Made by a program: the position numbers and the translations under genes. From assembly GCA_001785865.1 (NCBI GenBank), contig MFUZ01000008.1, positions 1 to 46,343 of the forward strand: a stretch of 46,343 nucleotides of DNA, read 5' to 3'. This document shows, in pieces, positions 1-7,980 of this stretch. The notes beneath the pieces were generated by a model, which searched no databases, had not been told where the DNA came from, and saw only the letters and a list, made by a program, of their open reading frames with translations. This DNA comes from Candidatus Nomurabacteria bacterium RIFCSPLOWO2_01_FULL_41_18 (GTDB lineage: Bacteria; Patescibacteriota; Minisyncoccia; Phycocordibacterales; UBA9973). Within the stretch, counting starts at the first letter, position 1; each line of letters starts with the position of its first letter.

Positions 1-207
1 AGACATGATATCGAGTTGTTCTTGTTCTGTGGTGGGAGTGAAGTTGGATTCTTCGGCTAATTTCTGTAAAGTGGCTAGTTCTTTCTCTTCTTCCGTAGTG
101 GAATCGATTGGAGGAGACTTGGTGGGAGTAAGGGAGAAATACAAGAGGAGTCCTGCCAATACTAGGATGATGAGGATGGATAATGCGAGTTTGGAATTCT
201 TAGTCAT
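1..207 (-). CDS. Hypothetical membrane-anchored protein, truncated by window start
   Basis: Own translation from ATG at 207: MTKNSKLALSILIILVLAGLLLYFSLTPTKSPP..., open to base 1; N-terminal hydrophobic helix. Confidence 0.6.
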   Translation of the reverse strand, partial: MTKNSKLALSILIILVLAGLLLYFSLTPTKSPPIDSTTEEEKELATLQKLAEESNFTPTTEQEQLDIMS

Positions 208-270
208 GATTTTGCAAGTTAATTATATGATAAAAGGGGTGGTGGAGGAAGGGGTGGTGGGGATAACTAA

Positions 271-816
271 TTAGTCTTCTTTTTTGTAAAAATGAGCTAC
301 TAAAACCAGAGCGAGCAACCCGAGGAAACTGCTCAAGGCCAGCATCGGAATGGAAATATATCCTCCGAACTCACTGATTAATTGCTGGTAACAAGACACG
401 CCGGAAGCATCGCAAGGGAGAGACGACCCGCTCCCGAAATAATAGAAGAAATTTTGATAGATGGCGATGACCAGACCGACGGCGATGAGGGGCAGGGTAT
501 ATTTCACTATTTTTCTGTCCTTGTGCCAGATGGCTGATCCAAAAATAAAAGGGAGCGGAAACAAAAATACCCTCTGATACCAGCATAAGACACAGGGAAG
601 AAATCCGATGATCTCGGAATAGACCAACGAAAACAATGCGGAAAAAAGCGAAACGAGAAAGCCAAGAGTGAGATAATGCTTGTCTATGAAACCCAAAAAT
701 TTATTTTCCCTTGGGCGAAAAAAAAGGAGAGCCAAAGCGATGACCGAAAGTATTTGCAGGATTATCGCCCCTGCTCCTAGAAAGATATTCAAATAATGTA
801 TGGTGACAGGATTCAT
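271..816 (-). CDS. dsbB: Disulfide bond formation protein B family
   Basis: Multi-TM protein with PCVLCWYQR CxxC motif and second Cys pair (CDASGVSC); next to thioredoxin-like gene. Confidence 0.8.
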   Translation of the reverse strand: MNPVTIHYLNIFLGAGAIILQILSVIALALLFFRPRENKFLGFIDKHYLTLGFLVSLFSALFSLVYSEIIGFLPCVLCWYQRVFLFPLPFIFGSAIWHKDRKIVKYTLPLIAVGLVIAIYQNFFYYFGSGSSLPCDASGVSCYQQLISEFGGYISIPMLALSSFLGLLALVLVAHFYKKED

Positions 817-820
817 GCTT

Positions 821-1216
821 TTATTCAGGCAGAACGCAGGAAGTTTTCTCGGCTAATTGCGCAAGCGCTATCTCACCGTTTAGCCTCGAGCCGTCCGCAA
901 ATTCCCATGTAGGATAACTTTCTACTTTCTTGTCTATGCAAGCTTGGGTCTGACTCTTGCCGTCTAGAGTAGAACATTCGACGTAAGGCAATAATCTTTG
1001 CGATGAACCGAAGAGTTTCTTTTGATTCTTGCAATGTTGGCACCAAAAAGCCCCGTAGAAGATCGCGCCCTGGTCTTTAAGGCACGTCGCAAACGCATCG
1101 TACTTGGTGTCAGCCACTAGTCCACCACCTCCACCAGCGCGGATGACTACGGTCATGATCACCCCTAATACAAGGAGAACGATGACAGAAAGAAATATTT
1201 TTACATTTTTATCCAT
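821..1216 (-). CDS. Membrane-anchored thioredoxin-like (CxxC) protein
   Basis: FYGAFWCQHC motif, N-terminal TM helix; native ATG placed at 1216 because 1217-1335 is an inserted element. Confidence 0.75.
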   Translation of the reverse strand: MDKNVKIFLSVIVLLVLGVIMTVVIRAGGGGGLVADTKYDAFATCLKDQGAIFYGAFWCQHCKNQKKLFGSSQRLLPYVECSTLDGKSQTQACIDKKVESYPTWEFADGSRLNGEIALAQLAEKTSCVLPE

Positions 1217-1335
1217 CCCGTTTAGAAGCAGATCGCGATCAACTCGCGTATCTGACATATTATGTTATTAATCTTTATAATGCTTGATTTCATGTTTTTA
1301 TTTGTTTTTAAATTGCGATCGCGGCTTCTAACGGG
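1217..1335 (-). mobile_element. TIR miniature element E1 (119 bp) at start codon of thioredoxin-like gene
   Basis: Ends CCCGTTAGAAGC...GCTTCTAAACGGG (gene sense), flanked both sides by ATGGAT (1211-1216, 1336-1341); about 90% identical to 16341-16460. Confidence 0.85.
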
Positions 1336-1348
1336 ATCCATAAATAAA

Positions 1349-1750
1349 TTATATCATATTAAATATCTTTGGTAAAAAAACAATCAAGCCAACTATTATT
1401 GCTGTAAATACAGATAATAGCACGGCTCCTGCCGCTACATCTTTCGTGTCACGAGCATAAGGATGATATTCCGGAGAAGTCAGATCTATATCTATTTCAA
1501 TGGCAGTATTTAAAGCTTCAGTAACAAAAACAAAACCTATTGCAAAAACAAGTGCAATCCATTCTAAGCTAGAAATAGAAAAGCAAAACCCAAAAGCTAT
1601 CACAACCAAGGCTGACATTATGTGTATCCATAGATGCCTTGTGGTTTTAGCAATAACATACAAACCACGAAAAGCATTTTTAAACTTTTCGTTGTATTTC
1701 ACTTCCCGCCAAGCCCTTTTTTCATTCTGTGTTTCTTCTTGAGAATTCAT
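1349..1750 (-). CDS. dgkA: Diacylglycerol/undecaprenol kinase (DgkA family)
   Basis: EALNTAIE and KDVAAGAVL motifs, three TM helices. Confidence 0.85.
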   Translation of the reverse strand: MNSQEETQNEKRAWREVKYNEKFKNAFRGLYVIAKTTRHLWIHIMSALVVIAFGFCFSISSLEWIALVFAIGFVFVTEALNTAIEIDIDLTSPEYHPYARDTKDVAAGAVLLSVFTAIIVGLIVFLPKIFNMI

Positions 1751-1801
1751 GGATATATTATAACATTAACTAGAAAAACTATTTTCGCGTGATGTGGATA
1801 T

Positions 1802-2803
1802 TTACTTAACTATTTTTTCTCTCAGCTTGTACCCATTCCCATGACTAATCATCCCCAAATACGACTGCACTGTTTCTACTTTCGGATTATTCTCTAAATT
1901 CTTCAACATTTTTCTCTTTGTTGATGTCCTCAAAACCCTATGCTTGGGAAAATGCACCCAGCCTAGAAAATCCACACCTGAAGCTATTGTTTTGATAAAA
2001 ACTTTATCTGGATGTAATTGCAATTTTAATTCTTTTTCTAAAAATTTGGATATTTGTGGAAGTAAATTGGTAAGATAGTTTTTATTTTCACTTAATACAA
2101 CAAAATCATCTGCATAACGTATATAATATTTTACTTTCAATTCCCTTTTCATAGATTGATCAAATTCATTCATGTAGACATTTACTAGAAGCTGAGAGGT
2201 TAGATTCCCTAGTGGCAAACCTACTTTACATATATCAGCCATGGCGTAAATGTGTCTTGGTGAGAAAAAGCTGTCAATTACCTGACTGAAGAGCCATAGT
2301 ATATTTTTATCTTTGATATGTTTTTCTAAAATCTTTTTTAATATTTCATGGTCAATATTTGCGAAGAACTTTCTAATATCACATTTCAATACAAAACAGG
2401 TTTTTGTATTGTTTTTAGAAACTTTATGAAAGAAATAACGAAATCTGTTTATTGCTTTATGGGTTCCTTTGTTGAGCCTGCAAGAATACGAATCGTGGAT
2501 GAATTTAGAGTCAAAATATGAGTATAGTTCCTGATAGATTAAATGGTGAAGTAGTCTATCTCTGACTGTCGCTTTGTGTATTTGTCTTGGTTTAGGATCA
2601 GAAATATTAAAAGCGTGATATCCACCATGTATATATGTTTTGTTTTTCAAGTCATTATACAGATCAAATACATTATCCATTAGTTTAGCTTGGAATAGAA
2701 TCACATCTTTTCTGTTCTTTTTGTCACGCAAAAATTCCTGCCAAGCTTGGAGCAGTTTTTCTATGGTTATGATATTATCGTATGTATGAATAAATTGTTT
2801 CAT
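1802..2803 (-). CDS. DGR-type reverse transcriptase
   Basis: GLPLGNLTSQ and YIRYADDF motifs, 333 aa, adjacent avd and TR/VR pair. Confidence 0.95.
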   Translation of the reverse strand: MKQFIHTYDNIITIEKLLQAWQEFLRDKKNRKDVILFQAKLMDNVFDLYNDLKNKTYIHGGYHAFNISDPKPRQIHKATVRDRLLHHLIYQELYSYFDSKFIHDSYSCRLNKGTHKAINRFRYFFHKVSKNNTKTCFVLKCDIRKFFANIDHEILKKILEKHIKDKNILWLFSQVIDSFFSPRHIYAMADICKVGLPLGNLTSQLLVNVYMNEFDQSMKRELKVKYYIRYADDFVVLSENKNYLTNLLPQISKFLEKELKLQLHPDKVFIKTIASGVDFLGWVHFPKHRVLRTSTKRKMLKNLENNPKVETVQSYLGMISHGNGYKLREKIVK

Positions 2804-3191
2804 ATTTTACCCCCCCCCCTCAGCGCCTTCAGCGCTTGTAAAAGCAAAAACGGCATATTCTCTGTGGTTTAAGATATATAATGACTTTCCGAAAGCGCAT
2901 CGTTATACTTTGGGCGGAAAGATAGAAGATTATTTTCTTGGTCTTTTAGAGAATATTTTCATTTCGATTTATCTTCCGCCGGAAACTAAAATACCTCGTC
3001 TCATCATAGCAATTTCCAAACTTGATGGCATAAAATTCTTTCTGCAAATAGCTTGGGAAAATAAATGCATTCCTAATGAAAAATATTCTACACTTTCCGA
3101 ACATCTGCAAGAAATCGGCAGAATGCTAGGCGGATGGAAAAAAGGCTTAGAAAGCCTACAAAAAAAGAAAACTCCCCCGCCCAATAATTAA
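2786..3191 (+). pseudogene. avd: Avd-like four-helix accessory protein, out of frame with its nearest ATG at a C10 run
   Basis: Frame KTAYSLW..FPKAHRYTLGGKIE...EIGRMLGGWKK is Avd-like and open from 2790; ATG 2786 joins it only if the C10 run is 9 or 12 long (134 aa with C9); ORF track starts at TTG 2910. Confidence 0.75.
2810..2819. repeat. C10/G10 homopolymer at avd/RT head-to-head junction
   Basis: Ten C on + strand; reads AGGGGGGGGGG-TAAAAT-ATG before the RT start on - strand. Confidence 0.9.
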
Positions 3192-3212
3192 AGAACGAGG
3201 AAGAAACATTGA

Positions 3213-3328
3213 GTTTCGGGGTTACGAAACGATGCCGATACTCAGCATTCCAGACGTTGTCGTTGTCGAACCGGTTCACGTTGACGTTGAGCTGACCATT
3301 GTCGTCGAAGTTCACGTTAGCAACGAAG
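3213..3328 (-). other. DGR template repeat (TR)
   Basis: 116-bp ungapped match to 3702-3817; 15 of 16 differences are at TR adenines; nine AAC/AAT codons in target frame. Confidence 0.95.
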
Positions 3329-3633
3329 AATTGTACGATAAGCCATCTATTTCACTGCCGATCTAAACGCAATTTAATGCTAGAGATCGTGCTGTATATT
3401 ATTTGGGAGTCTAAAACTCCACCAGCTCATCGCACCAACTTTTAGTTTTTTATTTTTAAAAAAGAATTCACTCTTTTGCAAGAAAATTCCGGCAAAACTC
3501 TCAAATTAATTTTTAAATAATCACGGCTTAAAGCCTTAGCCGTAAGCATTTCCTGATTACTGTTTTAATATAGCAAAAATTTAAAAGAAGAAGGGTTAAA
3601 GTATAAAAGTTGCAAAGTGTATATAAAAAGGAA

Positions 3634-3672
3634 AACCGCTCTTGCGAACGGAATTCCGTGCATAGAGCGGTT
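3634..3672 (-). terminator. Hairpin downstream of VR (DGR cis hairpin and/or intrinsic terminator)
   Basis: AACCGCTCT...AGAGCGGTT stem with inner ACGG/CCGT pairing, followed by T-rich tract on - strand, 30 nt after VR. Confidence 0.7.
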
Positions 3673-3696
3673 GATTTTTGATGTTGAGCAACAAAG

Positions 3697-4317
3697 CTAC
3701 TGTTGCGGGGCGACGAAACGATGCCGATACCCAGCACACCAGACGCTCTCGTCGTCGAACCGGTCCACGTAGACGTAGAGCTGACCACGGTCGTCGAAGC
3801 GCACGTTAGCAACGAAGCCACCTTTGACACGAAAGAATGTGCCGTAGCCTTTGGTTCGAAGCTTGTCACGGTGATCACGAATGAACTGATTAATTTGACT
3901 CTGCTCCAGTTCAAGCTCACCCACCTTACCGAGACTCTTGAAAACCGGCTCAAAAGCCCCATTCTCAATCAGCTCGTAGATAGCAACGTTAACCAACAGA
4001 GTCGGTTTGCCTGAAGATGCAGGTAGAGTCTCGCCGTAGATACGGTTACCGAAAAGTCCGCCTGATGCGAAAGTCTCGGTGCGGTCGGTGGGAACAATGG
4101 CGATTACCTCCGTTTCAGACAGACGCTTGAGGTAAATTTTTGCCTCAGCCATCTTCGGTCGTTCCCAATCACCAAACCGTTCTTCGCGGTCTTCTGGTTT
4201 GAGGTTGTTGAACCGTTCCATCTGGTCCAATGTCATTTGGCCGGCTCGTAGTTTCGTCAGTTGGTCAATTTGCAGACCAGCCAATCTGGCCGCGTCTGCG
4301 TCGATGGTATTATTCAT
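3697..4317 (-). CDS. DGR target protein with C-terminal variable region
   Basis: 206 aa; last ~39 codons coincide with VR; CLec-type fold expected from known DGR targets, not shown here. Confidence 0.9.
   Translation of the reverse strand: MNNTIDADAARLAGLQIDQLTKLRAGQMTLDQMERFNNLKPEDREERFGDWERPKMAEAKIYLKRLSETEVIAIVPTDRTETFASGGLFGNRIYGETLPASSGKPTLLVNVAIYELIENGAFEPVFKSLGKVGELELEQSQINQFIRDHRDKLRTKGYGTFFRVKGGFVANVRFDDRGQLYVYVDRFDDESVWCAGYRHRFVAPQQ
3702..3817 (-). repeat. DGR variable repeat (VR)
   Basis: A-specific variant of TR, e.g. AAC>CGC, AAT>CGT, AAC>TAC, AAT>TGT. Confidence 0.95.
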
Positions 4318-4449
4318 CGTTTTTCCTTTTTTGTTGTCTCTGTTGGGCTAACTATATCAGTTTCGCCACAGAAAAAAATAACCAAAACGATATTTAGTAA
4401 CTTTTCTCTGTAGCGAATCCCTTATTTTTAAAGAACAGCATATCCTTAT

Positions 4450-4478
4450 ATTATACACCTAACAGGCATTTATGTCAA
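4450..4478 (-). promoter_or_regulatory. Consensus sigma70 promoter for DGR target gene
   Basis: TTGACA-17 nt-TATAAT on - strand, about 130 nt before ATG 4317. Confidence 0.75.
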
Positions 4479-4511
4479 TGGCTATCAGGGCCTTGTAAAT
4501 TAAGGCTAATT

Positions 4512-5672
4512 CTACTGATACTGTATATAACTAGGTCTTGGATTTAATTTCAATAAGTCGTCTGGGGTCATTAAAACAGTGCCAGATTCAAAAACATCAT
4601 TTTTGTAAAATAATTTAAAACCAGCAAATTGAACTGGCTCGGGATAAATAAAGTTTCTATATGTCCCCTTCTTTTTCGCCATCCCACCCCAGCCATCCAT
4701 ATGCATTACTATCTGCACTTCTCCCAGTGGTTTGATGTTTTGATAGTTCGTAACCATTTTTTGCGTGTAGCGATGGATCACCAGCACCTTTGGTGGAAGA
4801 TTATTTTCTTTTACGATCTTTGCCAAGAAGTCGGCGGCATAATTGAAGTCTGCGGCATCAAAGGTGCCCACGACCTTGCCCGGCCGGATATCACCCTTCA
4901 TAGAAAATTCTGGATCCATGCCGAGGTGCACGTTCGGTAATTTTAAATATTTTTCCAACCTCGGAAGTTCGGACTGGATAGTGCTAAATCCGACTTGGAT
5001 ATCGAGAAAGACGATGGCGTCAATTTTTTCAGCAATTTTCAAGACTTTGTCAATTTCCGAATCCGGCATGCGGGCGCGATACTTGCCATCCGCCCCGGCA
5101 CTCCCCTGCGCCACCACCGCGATATAGTGAAGAGCTGGAATGACAGGAGTGCCCGGATCGGCAGCCTCCCATTTCTTTACTTCAACATCCAACCTTTGCA
5201 ACATTTCCGCTTCAGGATATTCCCCGAGAACTCCCATTTTTTTTGAATATAGATTTCCATAATAAGCGATAATTCTATTAAAAGGTAAAATAGCCCCCGG
5301 ATTTGGATAAACTGCCTTCACGGGCCAAAAATGTGATTTGACGGGTTGTGGGTCCAGTGGGACTTTGGTGGTCTTGGTTGTAGATTTGCCATTTGCATCA
5401 GTTTCAACAGTTTTAATAGTTTCATAGACAATAGGGTCAGGCGGATTGTTTGCTAATTCCAACATTTTTTTGTCATAAGCCACCTTATCAAGCGGTGGGA
5501 AATTGGATGTTTTTAATTTCTCTTTTTGTACACTTTTTTTATTTATTTCATCGTTTCTTACATATGAGATTTTACCACCAAAAAATTCTGGAAATGCAAA
5601 AAACAAAAGAACTAGCACAATAGCCAGAAGCAGAATAATCCACCTAACATTTTTCTTTATTGTCTTTTTCAT
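4512..5672 (-). CDS. Conserved hypothetical membrane-anchored protein, possibly glycoside-hydrolase-like
   Basis: 386 aa ORF with N-terminal TM helix and globular region (RIIAYYGN, VFLDIQ, HLGMDPEF, MHMDGWG). Confidence 0.6.
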   Translation of the reverse strand: MKKTIKKNVRWIILLLAIVLVLLFFAFPEFFGGKISYVRNDEINKKSVQKEKLKTSNFPPLDKVAYDKKMLELANNPPDPIVYETIKTVETDANGKSTTKTTKVPLDPQPVKSHFWPVKAVYPNPGAILPFNRIIAYYGNLYSKKMGVLGEYPEAEMLQRLDVEVKKWEAADPGTPVIPALHYIAVVAQGSAGADGKYRARMPDSEIDKVLKIAEKIDAIVFLDIQVGFSTIQSELPRLEKYLKLPNVHLGMDPEFSMKGDIRPGKVVGTFDAADFNYAADFLAKIVKENNLPPKVLVIHRYTQKMVTNYQNIKPLGEVQIVMHMDGWGGMAKKKGTYRNFIYPEPVQFAGFKLFYKNDVFESGTVLMTPDDLLKLNPRPSYIQYQ

Positions 5673-5726
5673 GGTTTGATTTCACTCGCCATGACATCAT
5701 AGCAGAGTTTCGGGGGAAGTTGTAGC

Positions 5727-5800
5727 TGGCTGCCGGACTTGGATTCGAACCAAGATGACATCCTCCAGAGGGATGAATCCTACCATTAGATGATCCGGCA
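5727..5800 (-). tRNA. tRNA-Gln(CTG)
   Basis: Cloverleaf, anticodon loop CTCTGGA, GGTTCGAATCC T arm, encoded CCA. Confidence 0.95.
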
Positions 5801-5853
5801 ATAATTTAAACTTAGCACATTTTTTATGTAATAAAAAGTGCTATACTAAACCC

Positions 5854-6234
5854 ATGAATTATCTAATTTTAGTTATCGTAGCCATCATCTTTTTCTTTAT
5901 TGGAAGAAAAACAGTAAAAATGTTTGCGCCCAAAGAAGCTGAAGATTTAAAAGAACTCCAAGACGAATCACGCAAGGCTCTCGCAGAGCGAACAGAGCAA
6001 AGAAAAGCGAAAATTCTAGAATTTATGAAAAAAGAAGCTATCCACAAAAGCGAATTGCAATTATGCGGAATAGATTCTTCCAGAAAAGAATTCAATCGAG
6101 AAGATGTTGAAAAATTGCTCGATGTTGGAGGCAACACAGCTAGAAAATATCTAAATGAGCTAGAGGCAGAGGGTAAAATAAACCAAATGGGAGAAACTGG
6201 TCCTGACGTCTTTTACACCCTAAAAACCCCCTAA
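5854..6234 (+). CDS. Hypothetical protein, N-terminal TM helix and C-terminal winged-HTH-like region
   Basis: NREDVEKLLDVGGNTARKYLNELEAEGKI resembles a wHTH. Confidence 0.6.
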   Translation: MNYLILVIVAIIFFFIGRKTVKMFAPKEAEDLKELQDESRKALAERTEQRKAKILEFMKKEAIHKSELQLCGIDSSRKEFNREDVEKLLDVGGNTARKYLNELEAEGKINQMGETGPDVFYTLKTP

Positions 6235-6273
6235 TCTACCAAAACCGTGCTGATTTTGGTGGGATGGGGGGTT
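6225..6273. repeat. Palindromic hairpin repeat, copy 1
   Basis: Core CGTGCTGATTTTGGTGGGATGGGGG shared with 10174-10218; overlaps stop of 5854-6234. Confidence 0.6.
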
Positions 6274-6306
6274 ATTGATAGAAAATGAGGATATTTCCCT
6301 ATCCCC

Positions 6307-6741
6307 TTACTTAGATATAAAATAAATACTCATCAAAGCGCATAGTAATCCTACGGCTGTATAAGCTGTAAAGTTTTTGTCTCCTAAAAATATATAAAAC
6401 ACAGCAAGCACAACTATATACTTAACTTCATAAATTGAACCTATCAGGACTCCTTGATGTCTAGTTATTACATACCATAATGGCACTGTTATCCAAGTAA
6501 GCACATATATAATCGCATACATGATAAAAGTTTTATCGTGAATTAATTTTGTTATGTCAGCTCCAAAAGTTGCTTTGTCATACAATATAATTCCAACTAA
6601 AACTGGCACATAAAATACAGCAGCCAGCAGAATAATCATTCCAAGAGAAAAATTCTTTACTAATCTTTCGTAAGCCAGACATCCAATAGCTGTAGTCACA
6701 GCAAGGGCTATACCTAACATTTGGGATTGTATTTGAGTCAT
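6307..6741 (-). CDS. Small multi-pass membrane protein, EamA/DMT-like
   Basis: 144 aa with about five hydrophobic segments. Confidence 0.55.
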   Translation of the reverse strand: MTQIQSQMLGIALAVTTAIGCLAYERLVKNFSLGMIILLAAVFYVPVLVGIILYDKATFGADITKLIHDKTFIMYAIIYVLTWITVPLWYVITRHQGVLIGSIYEVKYIVVLAVFYIFLGDKNFTAYTAVGLLCALMSIYFISK

Positions 6742-6941
6742 TGGATTGATTGTAGCAGATAAAAAACTATTTAAAAGGCATTACGAAATATCACTTTGAT
6801 TTTTGCTTGAAACGTGGTAATTTTTACTTAGAAGAGCATTCAATTTACAACCGTCCTTTGAAAATCACATATGTAGTTAAACAACTTTCCATTGGCTTGG
6901 AGAGGTGTGTAATTGTCAGAGGACCTACGGAAAGTAACCTT

Positions 6942-7136
6942 ATGAAAATATTCTCATTTGTAGTCTCTGTTGTGGTGCTGTTTTTTGGAATAATGGTTTT
7001 TGGTCTTTTTATCTCTTCGCGCACAGAGCAAATGTCATCACTAGACAGAGCAGGAGGTTTGCTTCTTGGCGGTGCTTTTATTGTTTTTGGAACGTTATGG
7101 ATGTTGGGTGACAGACGGTGGCCAAGAAGACAATAG
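6942..7136 (+). CDS. Small two-TM hypothetical protein
   Basis: In-frame ATG 6942 starts the hydrophobic part of ORF 6807-7136. Confidence 0.5.
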   Translation: MKIFSFVVSVVVLFFGIMVFGLFISSRTEQMSSLDRAGGLLLGGAFIVFGTLWMLGDRRWPRRQ

Positions 7137-7175
7137 ACTCTGAAACAACACAAACCATCAACCAAAAATTAACTT

Positions 7176-7508
7176 ATGAAAATTATCCAGTTCTTTAAGG
7201 AATTCAACGCGTCGATGGACGCAAGTGCAGACAACTATGTGGCAAAGCACCACAACGAGAAACTCTTCCTTTCTTGGATTATTTTTTTCTCGATGTGCGT
7301 TTTTCTGGGAAGCATTTGTGCTATTCTTATCTTCACTGGAATTGTCCCACCCATGAACAACAGATGGGCGGTTTGGCAATACAGCTTCATGACAATTGTA
7401 GCGCTGATTTCGCCCTACAACATGGTACGGTCCATTCACGTTGTCAGGAACGCCTCTTGGCATCTTTACCATCAGATCGACAATACATTGGCAAAATTGT
7501 TCGACTAA
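7176..7508 (+). CDS. Small two-TM hypothetical protein
   Basis: 110 aa, co-oriented cluster. Confidence 0.55.
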   Translation: MKIIQFFKEFNASMDASADNYVAKHHNEKLFLSWIIFFSMCVFLGSICAILIFTGIVPPMNNRWAVWQYSFMTIVALISPYNMVRSIHVVRNASWHLYHQIDNTLAKLFD

Positions 7509-7535
7509 CCGTAAACCCTAAACAAAACTTGCTCT

Positions 7536-7760
7536 ATGAAATGGATAAAGAAACATTCTGCGTTATCTCTCTTTCTGGCTTTCCTGCTGGATTGGGGATT
7601 AATTGCCATCATCAATCGAGGACAGGAGGCTTCCGAAGCAGTTGCGTTTCTCCTGATCCTTCTGAGTTCCCTGTGGTTATTCTTTTTTTTCTTTACCGCA
7701 GCGGAAGTGTGTGAAAAAGGATCTTTTGCAAAATTTATTCAGCTTTTACGAGAAGAATAA
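7536..7760 (+). CDS. Small two-TM hypothetical protein
   Basis: 74 aa hydrophobic ORF, co-oriented cluster. Confidence 0.5.
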   Translation: MKWIKKHSALSLFLAFLLDWGLIAIINRGQEASEAVAFLLILLSSLWLFFFFFTAAEVCEKGSFAKFIQLLREE

Positions 7761-7876
7761 ATTTCTATCTGCTATTACAATCACACAGGAATCGTGCGAC
7801 GTCCTGCTTCCATTTATTTTAATAATGGAAAAACTGTCGCGCATCGGGGCCTAGACATATCGTCTGGGCTTTTTCG

Positions 7877-7912
7877 TTTCCACTATCTTTTACATATGTT
7901 CGAGATAGTAGA
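7877..7912. repeat. 36-bp intergenic repeat, copy 1
   Basis: 35/36 identical to 33553-33588; internal CTATCT...AGATAG inverted repeat. Confidence 0.8.
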
Positions 7913-7980
7913 CGTTGGAATTCACTAATACCACAATAGCCACGGCCGTTGCTATTACGTTATCTCGCCTTTTATGTAGT

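Noticed and set aside
805-816. dsbB start ATGAATCCTGTC (MNPV) as a decayed TIR element
   Set aside because: Match is only ATGAATCC-GT with no AGAAG continuation, partner TIR or duplication.
1217-1258. Shared N-terminal peptide MS(D/G)TRVDRDLLLNG on two unrelated ORFs as a conserved protein motif
   Set aside because: It is encoded by the inserted TIR element; native starts are 1216 and 16461.
2763-2789. TGA read-through (code 25) rescuing avd from ATG 2763
   Set aside because: TGA terminates conserved genes here (htpX, rodA), so the genome uses code 11.
1802-2803. RT as group II intron or retron enzyme
   Set aside because: Short protein with LGNxxSQ motif, no maturase or endonuclease extension, and a TR/VR pair plus avd next to it.
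3088-3315. 75-aa ORF resembling the DGR target C-terminus as a paralogous gene
   Set aside because: It is the TR read in frame and runs antisense into avd; TRs often stay open because of AAC codons.
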